Below, one piece after another: positions 13,937 to 28,690 of a DNA stretch of 64,000 nt (positions are counted from its first letter, which is position 1; each line of letters begins with the position of its first letter). Where the stretch lies: assembly GCA_015680685.1 (NCBI GenBank), contig MNCI01002748.1, positions 464,856-528,855 on the forward strand. The letters are read 5' to 3'. The notes below the pieces were generated by a model that had not been told where the DNA came from, did not search any database, and saw only the letters and a program-made list of their open reading frames with translations. The translations under genes were made by a program, and so were the position numbers. This stretch comes from Gnetum montanum (Eukaryota; Plantae; Gnetophyta).

Positions 13937-15819
13937 CTATAATCACAACATGATCAATTATTAGCATTTGTTATGTAATTTTATAACACTTGAGTACATT
14001 ATCTCTTTGTATTAGTTCCACTTGGCTAAGTTTTGATCATGGAAAATTTGATTATTTTATTGTTATTTCATTTTAATGTCTACTAGAGTTCATTGGAAAG
14101 TTTTATCTTTCATGAATTAGTGATTTTAATATTATTTTATTGGATAAACCTTGTCGGAGTTCGAAAAATTTGAAAAAAAAAATCATCAAAAACCCTAACA
14201 TTTATCATTGCCACAATGTCAAGCTCACCTTTAGTAGTTGATGGACTGATGATGTGAAAGTTATGGGATTTGGAAGGTTTGGGGCTCTCAAAAATTGCAA
14301 AATTCCTCTTGTGTCATGCTATATTTATAGTATTTTTGCCATGCATTGATAGGATCGTGTCAACATGATTGATTACATCAATGGGATCCCATCGATGTAG
14401 TAGTTAGATTTTTTTTAAACTTTGATAACTACGAAAAAAATGAAGAGTTTTAACATGAAATTGGAGTATAATGGAAGTCCAAGAGAATTGGAACATGATG
14501 AAATGCATGAAGATGGCTAGATAGTTCATGACAAGGAGTTTTTAGTGGGAGAATAATTGAAGAAATGCCAAAAAGGAGCACATTACTTGATGTAACCAAT
14601 GTGAAATGCAAAAGGTATGAGTGCAAAAATGTCTAAGGATAAGGACATGAACTAGCCCAACTAAGGAAAATGCAAGTGGGTGCTTCCCATAGTAGGGTTA
14701 TGCTTTGAATGACCTTGAATATCCTTAAACCAAGGAGTTAGTGGATCCCATGTATGACTAATGGGTATGGTTAGTTAAAGATGAAATCTTGAAAGACACT
14801 ACCTAAGAATTTTGACACATTAAACTAAGACATTGAAGAAGACATGAAAAGAGGAAATGAGGTGAGATATGGAAGCATAGGTGGATGAGGAAGAGAGTGG
14901 AATAGAGTCCTATATCATGGGCACATGAAGTCCCTTATGGATTTTGTGATTAATATGATGTGATAACATCTATCCTTAGTCTGAATTAAAATCAATCACT
15001 TTTAGTGACTTTGCATAGACACTCTGAGACCATTCAACCCACTTATAAGAATATCCTCATAGATTAATTACCTTTCCTAAAAGAGAAGTAGAAAGTAAGA
15101 TGGGCCTTAGTTAGAGGGGACCTTTAGGCATGGATAACATGTCTTCTAGTTTCATAACTAGTTCTTGTAGTTCATTATTTCATCTAAGGAATGTGCTTTG
15201 AATTCCCATTCTTTTTTTTTAATTTTTGAGTTTTTTGTATAGGAACCATACCATGCAAAGAATTAGCTTCCTATTATTGGTCAAAAGAAAAATGGTGATA
15301 AATCCATAAGAACACTCNGTCTTTCCAAGTTTGGAAACTACTAAGGTCATAGGTTCATTATTAATTTTATTTAAGAAGGGACCACATGTTTCCTAAACAA
15401 GTGGACATCACAAAGTTTTGTGGATGGGTGAATGACATGGACTCATTGCTTATTATCATGAAAAAGAAATCATGTCTTAGTTATCAATCACTAAAATTTA
15501 AAAATAGAATCCAAGTATTATCAATCAAATAACATTATAGTACAAACCACCATCAATCAGCAATTACAGTTGCAATTAGTCCTATAAGGAATAAAGGAAA
15601 AAAACATAAGAAAAGAATAAAAGAAATCTAAACCAAATAGAGTAAAATATAGAAGAAATTTTTAAAACATTTAATAGAGAGAAAACATACCAAAAAAGGT
15701 GTAAAATAAAAAATGAAAAATTAATGAGCCACTTGAATTGATCAACATGGATGACCATCTTCCCCATGACTACATTTAGAGAAGGATATCCAAAAAATTG
15801 ATCATGAATATCCATATAT

Positions 15820-18800
15820 TGAGGTGTTTTTCTTACTAGCTTTCTTAGGCTTATGAAAAGGTTTGATTTGTTGCATGTTGACTAGTAGCCTTTTGTTTGG
15901 GCTTTCAAGTTTGTAAATTAACATGGTCCTAGAAAGAAAGGTTTCATAGATAATATAAGGTCCTTCCTACAGTGTTTGGAACTTAGTTCTTTATGGCACA
16001 CATGTGGGATTTGAGTATAGAAACTTATCTTCTAGTTGAGATTTCACTTTCCTTCTTATAAGATTATGACATTGTTTGTTGAATGCCTTGTGCAACTCAT
16101 TAGATGGCAGGGCTACAAATTGGTTATTATCTAGCAAGTTAAGGTTCATTAGTATTTCTTTTTATGCTAGACTTAGGTCAAGGTTAAGGTCATAAGCCAT
16201 TGATAGTGTACAGAGCTCTTCTTAGATTGAGAGAGTTGGTCACTTTCTTTACACAAGTTCATAGGGGGAATAACCAATAAAATTTTTCAATGTCGAGTGG
16301 TAGGCCCAAAGGGCATCATTAAATTTTATGCTCCAATACCTCCTATATTTACTAATGGTTCTTGTTACTCTCTTTGTTATTTCCTTATTTGTAAACTTAG
16401 CTTGACTGTTAGCTTTGGGGTGATAGGGTTGTTAATTTATGTTCAACCTTGAAGTGTTGCATGAGCTTCTAAAAGGTAGTGCCTATAAAATGAGTAGCAT
16501 TGTTAGAAATAAGTACATGTAGCACCCCAAACTTGTTTACAACATATTATTATAAAAATCGAGTATTCATAGAAGATGTGTAATCGGTGATAGCTATAGA
16601 TTTCACCCATTTTGTACAATAGTCAACAACAACTATGATGTATGCCTTTCCATTCGACATAGGAGTGATGGGACCTATGAAGTCGATGCTTCAAATATTA
16701 AAGGGTGCTAGTGGTTGGATTCACTATTGAGGTTTCTGCATATGAATAGTCATTCCAAAATCATGTTAACAACATTCAGAAGAGTAGATGAAGTGGTGAG
16801 TGTCCTTTAAAAGTGTTGGCCAATAATATCCTACCATGAGGATCATAATGGTTGTGTGTCTTCTAGCATAGTGGCCCCCATAAGGCCCCTCATGAGCATC
16901 TTAGAGAATGTATAGTTGATTAACATCAGGTACACATAATGAACTTGGCCATCAATAGAAAACTTGTAAAGGTGTCTCTTGATTTTTTTGAAGCATTTCT
17001 GCTAGTGAAAAAACTATTATTTCTTCCTATGATCCCACTCTTATGGCATCTCTTGAGTGAGAAGATAGGTGAGAATGTCATCACACCAGTTGGATTTAGT
17101 GGGCATTTGTTTAGTTATAGTCCCAACAAAGAGGAGTTCATTAGGTAACTAATATGACACTGGAAGCTCCTCTTCTTTGTTGTCCCATCTTAATTGAGAC
17201 AAATGGTCAACAACCACATTATTGATTATTTTTGAATCTACCATGGTAAGATCAAATTCCTCTAAGATCACAAGCCATCATATGACATGGGGCTCACTGT
17301 TGCTTTGTTTATTAAGAACTAGATTGCATTAGAAACCTTATATCCAAGCACATAGTGCCTAAATTTTTGCAAGGAAAATACCACTACCATCAATTCCTTC
17401 TCTATTATGATGTAGTTTAGCTATGCATCCACAATGCTTCTACTCATGAAGTGGATGTTATAAGAATGTTTTTGATCATCCAACTACATGAGGACAACTC
17501 TCAAGATGTAATTGGAAGCATCCATCATGATGTGAAAAGGTTTTGACCAATTAGATACTCATAGAATTAGAGTTGCTATGATCTTTTACTTGAGTAGATG
17601 GAATGTACATTCACATTTCTTAGTCTAGACAAACGTAGCATCCTTCTTTGTCAGATTCACCAATAGTTTACCAATCTTAGGGAAATTCTCAATAAATCAC
17701 CGATAGTAGTCAATGTATCCAACGAATGACCTCACATATTTAACTATTTCTAGCTGTCTAGTAATTCCTTGGATGACCCTTATTTTTTTAGGGTCTACCT
17801 TGATTCTTTTTTCTGATATTTTATGCCCCAAAACAATGCCTTATTTTACCATCAAATGGATTTTCTACTAGTTGAGCCTAAGGTTAATCTTCTCAAACCT
17901 TTTTAGCACTTGCTCAAGATGGTCGAAGGCTTGCTCAAATGTAGCCCCATAGGTGGAGAAGTCATCTATGAAGACTTCCACCCCACTACTAATCTGCTAT
18001 TGGAACATGCTTAGGACAAGACATTGGAATTTAGTGGGGCATTACACAATCCAAACAACATCATTCTATATGCAAAAGTCCCCCAAGAACTCATGAATTT
18101 GGTTTTAGCTTGATCTTGTAGCGCTATCTAAATTTGGTTATAGCCACTATAACCATCTAGAAATCTATAGTAACAATGCGCAAAAATGGTGTTTAACACT
18201 TGGTTAAAAAATGACAAAAAAATGATCTTTGTAGGTTGGCATGTTTAAAAACCTACAATCAATGTAAACCCTCCATTTACCATCTTTCTTTGGCACTATC
18301 ACAAGTGGGCTAACCCACTCGCTATCCACAATAGGATAGATGAACCTTGCCTTAAGGATTTTTTCAATTTTCTCCTTCACAATTTGCTTCAATTTGGGAT
18401 TAAACTACTATTGTGGCTACCTCTTTGGCTTAATGGAGACATTTTTGTAGATTCGATGTTGGCATATCCTTGGATAAATTCCAATCAATTCATGATATGA
18501 CTAGAAAAAGGCTATTGGACATTTGTTGATCACATCCGGCAGTTTCTTTTTCTATAGAGGATCAAGCTTGGCATTGATGATAACTAGCATGCCATTTTTA
18601 AAAAAATCATATTCCATTTTTGTTGGTAGAGTTTTCACCTCAAGGGACTCCTGGTTGTAGCTTTTAGGGATCTCCAACTCTCCCTAGTTGGTATCATTAG
18701 GTTCATCGAAGAGTTGGTGATGGATTTGCTCCATCTTGTGCATGCTTTCGATGTAAGCACTCATGATGCTCTTTAGTTTGTTTTATGTAGAGAGTTGAGC

Positions 18801-19400
18801 AACTTTCAAGTTCAACTGTTAGCCACTAGGTGTCTTCCTATTTTGTGGCTACCACATATAGGCACATTTGAAATTTTTTTCACATTGGCATACTATGTAC
18901 ATGCTATGATTAATTTGATTTTCATGGTCCATAACTTCTACACATAGTTGACCATGTTTCATTGTACATGATGCATGGAATGCACTTCCTCTTATTCTTT
19001 TGAAATTCATTTTCTTGGAAATTCCAAGGAGAGGTCTCTGATTCCCAATTGTACATTTATGGTACTCAACTATGTCCTTTTCATGATGATTGGAAAGTTG
19101 CTCTTACAATTATCCACACAAATCACCAAGAAGTTAGTAGGATAAGACCACCCATAAATGGTGGTCATAATGTCCTTCACCAGTCCTAAGGGAATAGTGA
19201 TGGATTGATTTTCTAGCTCAAGAAAATGTTACTCTTCTTAAGTGGAGGTAGGTTCTAGGCTTTGCACATTTCATGGAAGATCAAATTCACACCAAAACCC
19301 AAGTTTAGAAAAGTCTTTCAAGGCTCATTCCTAGCAATTTGTAAGTAGATTAGGGGACTTTTAGGATCATATCTTTTCTTGGAAAGATGGCCATACTTAA
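15820..19400 (-). pseudogene. pol: pol remnant of Ath-2
   Basis: RT motif DSEWVSPLVIVPKKDGKWRVYIDCR (18204-18392) and an FIDD-type catalytic motif near 17960. RNase H ~17200-17600, integrase ~15850-17000. Confidence 0.9.
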
Positions 19401-19449
19401 TTTAATCCATGATTGCATGGGTCAACATAACAATATGCATCTTGTAAGG

Positions 19450-21480
19450 CATTTGATTTGAAAGGTTCTTGAATGATGTAGTAGAGGATGAGGAAGAAGT
19501 AGGTTCATTAATTACAAGTGTCTATGAAGGCTTAGAAGAACTATTAGTTTAGAAGAAAGATCTTTTTCATGGTTTATTTTTCAAAACACTCCATTGGGGA
19601 GTTGGCTATAAGTTAACAACCCTTGTGGCATTTTTTTACTATAGTTGGGTAGGAATTTTACCCTACATGGATGGAGCTGGTGTTAATTGAGTTGAGGATA
19701 GAGGTACAAGTGCAGAAAGATGAGGAGGGTAAAAAGAAAATGGTGAATTCACCTCTTGGAAACTAATCTCTATAGTATTTAGGAGGGTAGTAGTGGTGTT
19801 GAAGAGATGTGTGACTAGAAGAAGCATGCGGAGAAATCAGTTACTAAACATAATATCCATATGGATCTAGCTACTTTTAAGGGTACTACTACCTTAGTGG
19901 TGGCATCCCCCATAACTTTGGATGCTACCATTACTAGTACTGCTTATAAGGTTGGGGTGGAGCTTCACTCAACTAATAAGATTATTGTTGATGGAATTAC
20001 CTATAGTTACCTTAAGGATAAGGCAATATTCTAGGTGCTCACCTTTTTCCAATCTAGCATTCAACGTATACATCCTAGCTTCTTGCAAGTGTGACATAAT
20101 TGGGCAACATCCCCTAGGATGTTCGTATTGGTAGATCTTACACATGCTATCATCATTTGTTTCAAATTCTATAACCTCCTCAATGACAATAGTCTTATCC
20201 TTATTCCTTTGATGGGTATGTTTAGCTTCCTTCATGCTTCTTCGATCACAATCACTACTTTGCTCTTTGGGCTCTTTTGTAATTTTGATAGCACTTTGAA
20301 AGTTCTCATCTAAATAATTCCACATTTTATCTACCTTGGTCAATATCGTAGAAACATATTTTTGGATCGACAAGGGTTTACATTGCACCACTTCATCAAG
20401 TAATGCCCCCTTCTCATTATCAAAAAATTGAACCTTTCTTTTATGAATGGAAGGGTCTCGATTGTACTCCTTTGCACTTTCCCTTTTTCACAAATCACCT
20501 TCTTCTTTGACCATCTACTTAATCAACCTTTGGATTGAATGGACCCTTAGCTCTGAAAGTCTCCCCTAGGCATAGACCCCAAGAGTCCTTCTCATTTTTG
20601 TTCAAAGACCATCTATGATATGGGAAAGCTGATCCCTTTGAGAAAAGTAATGGCCTAGGCATCTGTGCAACATAGAGTAATATCTATCCATGGACACATC
20701 CAAGGATTTGTGTGTTCCTTATCTTCATCCTTGGATGTACTTCCTTAGATAAGATAATCAAGAGTACATTTGATACCTATCATTGAAGAGCTCAAGCATG
20801 ATACTCCATCATCTAATTGATTCTAGTTCTTAGGCCCAGTAGCATTTTTCAGCTTCGTTAATGATCATTCTTGGGAAAAGCTTTAGTTTTTGCCATTTTA
20901 TCAAAATTTTGCAAGGCACAAGCATCATGAAAGGCCTCAAGATGTTTTTTTTGGATCTAACTTGTATCCCCCCTCTAACTTGAAGATATTATTCATATCC
21001 AACCTTTTGATTCTACTATCTTTTACATGCCTTGTTGGAATCCTCATGGCATCTACAATGTTCAACATATTCATTGTTGCAAGTAAAGACTCATCATAGT
21101 CATAGCCTCAGTGATGATCATGATACCTATGATGTCCTCTACTTCCTCTTGTTTCATGGTGGTGGACCTCCCTTGAATGTCCATGTCCCTAGTCTCTACT
21201 AGTCTAGTGGGCCCTACGATCATCTCTATCCTATCAATCACCTTCATCATGATTGTATCCTTTGCAACTTTGGTTAGAGCTAGAGGAGGAAGAAGATGAG
21301 GACATTGAAGGTGAAGAGGAAGAAGGACTAGCACCAAAATAGTACCTGGAACCCCCTTTACCTTAGTCAAATCCATGATCATCATGTTTATTATTATCAT
21401 GTTGTTAGTCCATGTTCCTACCTTGACTCCCTTCCTTGGAGCCTCCATGGTAATGGAACCCATTCTTCCTCGAACCAAGA
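19450..21480 (-). pseudogene. gag: gag remnant of Ath-2
   Basis: CKIYQYEHPRGCCP zinc-knuckle remnant (19969-20391). The gag core at ~20550-21000 is homologous to 34233-34700. Confidence 0.8.
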
Positions 21481-23197
21481 TTGTTTATAGTGGACTATAA
21501 ATTCTGGTTAATGGCCCCTTCAACAAAGAAGAGGGTAGTAGAATTAGTGTTTTGAGAACCCCTTGAGAAAAGGTCCTAACTTTTCTTTTGGCCTAGCAGG
21601 AACAAGGGTTTGGTGAACCATTTCTCCTTCAATGTCTTGTAACAAGTTGCATGTTACTGATCTTTCTTGCATTATGCTATAGTGGGATGATAATCATAAT
21701 AGTCATGATCCTATAGAATGTATTCAACATTGAGCCCTATGATGCCCAATTTGTAGTGTCATAGGAATTGATTGATTAAGTGGAAACATGATGTTTTCCT
21801 CCATGTGCTTCCATCGCATCTATTCATCCTAGTGCAGGATGAAGGTGAAGTTTGGAACACACTCATGTGGATGAGTATAGAACACTTTGCATTGTTGTGG
21901 CACCGGCAGTTTTGATCCTTCATGTCTTTGTTGATTGGATCCACTTTTGAAAGGTGGTGGAGAATCTCCCCTATGAGAAGAAGCCATATTAGATTAGAAG
22001 AAAACATTATGCTTTAGTTATTATTATTATTTTTCTTAGTGATTTTGACTTTAGGATCTATTACAATGTCATTATATGATTTCATGACCTCTTAGATGGT
22101 GCACATTGCTATTGGTGACCATTTGGAATTAGACCACCAATGTCTTCAAATAGGGTTAGGTGCTTGCTAGTCTCTAGCAACAATAAGGTCCAGATACCAC
22201 CAAATAAACTTAGTAGTTATGAAATGTACTAAACATGAGTATGTGTTTTTTGTTGAAAATGTTAAAATGGTTGGGTTGTATATGAAAGTATAATTGGCTA
22301 TCATAAAAGAGATTCAGCTATCTTTGTCAAATACTATGAATTGTTAGAGATCCCTATTTTGTCTAATTACTTAGTTTATATAGTCCATATAGTCCATATA
22401 GTACATTACTTGTAACAAAAAAAAATTTCCTAAAACATTTAAGTACAATTTTTCCAGTCTACTTTTAACTTCCCCTAGAGAGAAAGTTCCACTACAAAAT
22501 TAGAAATAGAGTGAGATTTAATGGACTTTGAAAAAGAAAGAAAAGAAAGTAGATTTGTGTGAAATCTCAAATTTTTAAGCAAGATAAATTGACATGAGAA
22601 AACACTTCACAATAAATCTTTTCCTAATTCAATCTAGCTATGAATTGTCCAAAACTTTTGAGTTGAACAAGTAATTTCATAAAGATAATCTTATTATACT
22701 ACCAAAAATTGCTACGTAAACAATAAAGTTTGACTCTCTATTTTGGCTAGTCAATAGTTGTCAAAGATTGCATTTAATAGAGCTTTTAAAAACTTAACAA
22801 TTTTAGGATTGAAATACCAAGGCAACACACTTTAAAATAATGAAGATATTTTATTCATCTCAAAATACCAAAGATTTTCCTAGATTCTCTATGCTCAAGA
22901 TAGGCAATTTCATTAAGATATTACTATTAAATTTCTCTTTATGCTTTTCAACAACATAAGCTCTTCTATGGAAAATCTTAATAGGAGTCTAATATTGCAT
23001 AAAAACATAGCTATAAAAGCAACCTAGGACAAATCCCAAAATAAATGCAAAGAATGATACTATTTTAACCATTAACTAATTAACTAAAACAAAATAGGAA
23101 GAAATGAACTCATAGGATTAAAAAAATGCAGCTTAATTGATTTCTTTAGCAAGCCATGACTTTACAATCTTCAATCTTTCTCCAAGTTGCTTCGTCC

Positions 23198-23222
23198 CTC
23201 TCTCTCTCTCTCTATATATATA
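23198..23222 (+). repeat. Compound (CT)n(AT)n microsatellite
   Basis: Directly visible. Confidence 0.9.
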
Positions 23223-24599
23223 CCCCCCAAATCTCCTTTTTTCCCCTACCCTTGAAGGCCCTTTATAACAACCTTAGGATAGTTACAATAATCATGAGAA
23301 GTTAAGGGTATTACAAATATTTAGATATATTAATTTATAACCACCCTAGGAGTTATAACTTCTATAAGAAGTTACTAAAAATTTGAGCTATGATTACCAA
23401 GTGTTTTATTGGCAACAATATCAAGTAGATAATCAAAGGAAGTTATAAAAATTTGAGAAATACATGCCACAGTGAGGAAGTGTCCTATGAGTAATTATAT
23501 CCTTACAAATATCAAGGGAAAATTGTAACTTCCATAAGGAATAATAATATTTTTTAATTCTTAAATCCCCTTGGAAAATAAAATTGTAATGCATAAATTT
23601 GTAGCTTAAAATAAAGAAAACCTCCTTTCAACATTCAAAAACAACCATGTATATGGTAACATGAATGATGTTTTAAAAAATAAGATTATGTAGCCTTTGG
23701 ATTTCATGTATTGCTACATCATGTTGATGTGTAACCCTATGGATGCCTTCATAATCCCCATGGATTTTATGCCATAAGCTATGTGTTCTTGGCTCTGCGT
23801 TATATTGTCATTGTTGGCTACTACTTGGGATTACTTGATCACCTCTTTTGCCATCCATTTTGTCACTAACATGCTTGGATCTTGATTTGTCAAAGTTTGG
23901 TGGTCATGCCTCTATGTGAATCATTGTAGAATTTCCATCTAAATTTGTGTCGGTTGCGATGGAGAAAGAGTCATGTCGCTATTGCTTTGCTTCCTATCAA
24001 TGGATGAGTTCTTCCTATGGCACCATTAGTTTGCTCCTATTGCTTTCGTGGTTGGCTCCTATGCTGCATCTTAGCAACAAACCCTACTTCATGTCTACTT
24101 GTCAAATCTTGGAGAATGGACAAAAATAACAGAATTCTATAAAACTACTCTTGTTGCTACCATGAAGCTACAACAAGGGCATTGGAGATGTTACTGCCCT
24201 AATGTCCTATTATTGATTGCCATTTTGGGAATACAAACAGAGTAGAAGAATGTTCATGATGTTTTTGTTTCATTTTCATTTTAAGATTATGAGCTTTCTA
24301 TATAACTTTAAAGTACAAAAAATCATTTTTTTGATCATGTTTTTGTTGCAAGTTCTTTGCACAATGGAGGTTAGGGTTTCAACTCTATATAAGCAACCTC
24401 TTTCCTTTGTCTTATACCCAATAGAAAGGCCATACGTATCACAACAAACACCATAGTTGTTTGTGCAAACCTCATAGCCAAAAAGGGCACCATAGGGCCT
24501 CGATTAAGCCTTCTAAATGATCTAGGATCTAACAGAGGAATTAAAGAGGCTTAAGGCCTCTACTTTCTAAAGTGTCAAGATCATGTATTTTTACCAAGA

Positions 24600-27100
24600 T
24601 GATCCCATCAGTCCTATGGTTCCACCCTTGACACTTCCTCTTGGAGTCCCTATTCCTCAATTCAATAAGTATAATGGAGAAGGTGATCCCAATGCTCAAA
24701 TTATAATATTTTGATCCAAGTGCTTGTTGTTGCAGCCATGGAAACACACTATAATGAGAATATTCCCTATGTTTTTGATTGGAAAAGTGATTGATTAGTA
24801 CCATGTCCTCCCTAGAGGATCCATATCCTTCCTTGAAGACCTCATAGCTCAATTCATTAACTACCTCAAGTACAACTTGAAGCTTGATGCTACACTTAAC
24901 CAACTAATGAAGGTTAGGTAGGGATCCCTTGAGCCAATGTAGAAGTTCATCTAATGCTGAAACAATCTACTAAATGAGATACAGGAGCCTATAGCTAAAA
25001 CTCATATGTGGCTATATTCAAGGGGGTGGTCAACAATTTCATTGAATCCAAGCTATACTATCTTGATACATGAATACTTAGTTAAGGACTCTCCTAGACA
25101 AAGAACATAAAGGATGTTGTGGAGGCTATTCATGACCTAACCTATGTGGCATACAAAAACCAACACACATGAAGAGAGAAGAAGAGGAGTAAACAAAAAA
25201 AATGGTTGTAGAAATAACAACCAAAGAAGCCAAAACCACTAACCATGGGTTGAGGACCAACCCACCCAAGGCCCCTACTAATGACTGAGATAACCAACCA
25301 TCAACCTCTAGGTCCACCACATTGACAACAATTAGACCCATCCTTGAAAGGAAGGATATATACTAGGCTACCGTTAAAACTATTTGAGCTATTAGATCAA
25401 TTGTTAAGAATTGGGTGCATTCAATATAAGCAGATAATTGAAGATTTCAAAAGAATCATGATGGACTATGTGAGATAGCCAAATATCTCACTCAAGCAAT
25501 AAAGAATGATCCAAAACTACCTAAATACTTTAAGTTAGACCACTTTTGCCACTATCAAAAACTACCTGGCCATGACACAAACTGCTACCTTGAACTGAAG
25601 GATGACCTACAGAAGATGATAGATAGGGGAGAGCTGGTTCTAAATGCATCCAACCTTGATTGACCATAGAACCAATCGATGCAAGTGTATAAGGACCAAT
25701 TGAATGCTAGCAATGCTACATACATTATATCAATGTTTGACATAGATGACAATTAGATACCTATGAGGGAACCATTTGTGATTTGGATACCCCATCATGA
25801 TAAAAGGGCTTCTTCAACTTCCACTAGCTCTAGATTCCCCTTTGTCATGAGAGTACTATCATGAGTGCCTTTGAGGGAACTGAATAAGGCCTCAATCGAA
25901 CAATGGCCTCTCATGGTGGCTAATGCCATAGCTTCCTTTTCCAATACAACTAAGAACAACCAAAAAGCCTCTACCAAGTAGAGGAAGAAGCATAAGCAAA
26001 AGCCTAACAACAAAGGTGACAAGCATGTTGAGGCATAATAGGAAGTAGGTCCACTAAAGCCCACTCCCATATTGTTTATACCCATGACCTCTTCTACCCA
26101 ATCCACCTTAATAAGCAAGTCATAGGAGGATCCCAAAATACAAAGCTAGAAGAAAGAGGAGAGATCCCAAGAGCAACAACCTAAGGCTGAAGTTCACATT
26201 TTGGGATGCATGAAGGAAGTGAAGCACAACCAAGGTGACACTGCCATGGCCAATAAGTAAAGCTTTCTTAATGTGATTGAATAGGTTAAACAGTTCCTTA
26301 AAAAAATATAAATTTGAGCCTATATGACCTAATCATGACTTCTAGTACACATCGTGAAGTGCTAGTTAGGATGCTAACCTCCATCCCAGTTAGTGAATAC
26401 ATCCCTACTAACAAGAAATTCATCCATGCAATGATGGTTCCCCCTTCACCAAGGGATAAGAAGTCAACGTTGCTAGTATTTTGCAATAGTGAAATCAAGG
26501 CCAATCTAAAAAATGGAAAAATTAATTGAGGCTCCTCTATTCATAACCATATGCATAGGAAAATATAAGGTGCACTGGGTGCATATAGATGATTGGCTAC
26601 AACAAACATCATCCCATGTGTCATCTTGAATGATTTGGCTTGATAGAGCAAATACAATACACATTAATAGTTGCTCTTAAGTCTTTCAATGGATTAAGGG
26701 TTTTTGTCAAGGGGTTTATTTTCTTGGATTTTATGGTAGGGGAGTAATTCCCCACAACCATGGATTTCCTAGTGATGGAGGACATGCCAAGGTTTAATGT
26801 TATCTTGGAAAGACCTTGGTTGGCTTAGTTATGAGCTATGTCCTCATCCATCCAACAAGAGATTCACCTTCCTTAGGAGGGAGGTGAAATCATCATTCAT
26901 GGTGATAATGTGGTGTTCCTATTTTTTAACAATGTGGATATAGACCATAGGTCTAAAGTGGAGTTTCAAGAAGAAACTCCTAGCCACGAAACCTAGAAAC
27001 CCAAGAGAGAGAAGAAAGACAAGAATGACAATGATGGGCAATGAGATGCATTATGGTATGAACTCCCTTTTAACATCATCAGCAAAGGGGATGGTGAATA
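24600..27100 (+). pseudogene. Tat/Ogre-type gag-protease remnant, with no RT following
   Basis: YNGEGDPNAQI (~24670), CHYQKLPGHDTNCYLELKDDLQKMIDRG (~25545-25630), SLYDLIMTSSTHREVL (26314), and protease-like PLFITICIG..DFLVMEDMPRFNVILERPWL (~26535-26820). Confidence 0.8.
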
Positions 27101-27448
27101 TAAACTTGTGCAAAATAGATATTACACATTTTCTAATCTTTCAAAGATTAGGAAGAGTCTTCACAAGTTAGGTACACCTTTACCCTTTCACCCCATGCCC
27201 TTACAACCATATAATGATATGCACTAATAGCCCTATAGCATAAATGTTCTTTAGTAACTTGTCATGATTTTTTGTATACTTTATTTTAATCTTTTATGCA
27301 TGTAGCCTAAGTTTTTACTTTCATTTGCATTTTTATTTATTAGAGCATTTCTCTTTCTTTACTTTTTCACATGCCATAAATATCAAAAACCCTATAAAAA
27401 ATTTTAAAATAGAAAATTACCAAAAACATAAGTTTCCTTTTAACAAGG

Positions 27449-27605
27449 ACCTACCATGGCCTAAAACTAGCAAAACCCAAGGCCCATCATGGCCTAAAAC
27501 TGGGAAACCTATGACCTATCGAGGTCTTAAACCAGCATTGCAGTGTAGTAAGACTTTAAATTATTGATAAATGTGTGGCCTACCATGGCGTAAAACTAGC
27601 AAGTA
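27449..27605 (+). repeat. Three imperfect copies of CCTACCATGGCCTAAAACTAGCAA
   Basis: Copies at ~27450, ~27483 and ~27579, downstream of the Tat/Ogre gag-PR. Tat/Ogre 3' regions commonly carry such repeats. Confidence 0.7.
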
Positions 27606-27939
27606 ACCCTATCCTATGGCCATTCATAATCTTATAATCTAACCAATTTCAATGTAGCCAACATAGCCATCAACAACATAGCCTTGCTTACAACATAAAA
27701 CCTTAAAGCAATAAAGCCATTAACAACATATATAGCCAAAACTAAAATTGAAACTTAAACTTTAAAAAATTTTAAAATAATATATATATCCATGGCCATA
27801 CTATGTGGTATAAATATAAAAACAATAAACCATGAGTGTTAAATTGTCTACAACTCAAGCAGTGGCCAATTTGTGCCATACAACATCCAACATGAAATAA
27901 AATAAACCAAAAAGCATCAACAAAAGCTATCAAAACATG

Positions 27940-28690
27940 CATCTAGTGGTGCCAAGGGGATGTTTAGAGGGGAAGGAGATGGTGCATCATCATCATCATC
28001 ACCATCACTTGCACTGTTAGGACTGCCAACATCATATAATGCTTGTGACATAACAACGTACAACAAATCAGTAACCAGCATAACCAAATCATGACATAAA
28101 AAAATGTAAAACTAAAACATAAACATCATCAAAGCTATGGGGAATTTGGCTCTATAAACTCTTAGGGAAGATCGTGAAGGCTTGTATCCAAATGTTGGGG
28201 AATCTAGTCTTCCATCATGTTGGCCTAGTCAATATTCCAAAAATTGATTCCTATGAAGATATTGGTCTTGTCTACATCCATCCATGATGGTGGATCCCAT
28301 GAGATCATAGCCATAGAGACCTCATCTGTAGCCATAGTGATATGAGGAGTAGGAGACTGAACTACTATGAGAGTGCTTTCAAAGAGGTTGAAAAAACTCT
28401 TAGCCTCAATGCCTTGGATAAATAGATCCCTTTTTTGTTGTTCAATTGTCTCCCTCTTCAACCACTTCAAGTATGCCTCCCAATTGAACTTATACTTCTA
28501 TTGGTGATCCTTTTGTGTCTTATCCTACTCCAAGACACAAGCATTATAATCCTTCCAATCCTGGGCCTTTCAGGAGATCAAGTCCATTTGCATCTTCTAC
28601 TCATGTAACTCCAAGGAGAGGGTAACTTTGTCTTGGATGGTGTGCCAATAGTAGGTACACATGGTATCCTTGCTTCGTAAGGTCCCTGAG
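27940..28690 (-). pseudogene. Possible antisense extra-ORF remnant of the Tat/Ogre element
   Basis: Coding-like, less AT-rich sequence (..WEAYLKWLKRETIEQQ.., acidic D-run at ~27985-28005) lies antisense to the upstream gag. No family motif was positively identified. Confidence 0.35.

Larger units (their letters stand above)
10582..21700 (-). mobile_element. Ath-2: degenerate, formerly autonomous Athila-like element with its 3' LTR; 5' LTR and PBS not found
   Basis: 3' LTR, accessory ORF, INT, RH, RT, PR and gag occur in Ty3 order. Confidence 0.9.

Noticed and set aside
21750-24450. Possible host gene or paired LTR in this AT-rich interval
   Set aside because: No credible exon or motif, and no matching repeat, PBS or TSD found by eye. 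Probably decayed TE/LTR sequence.
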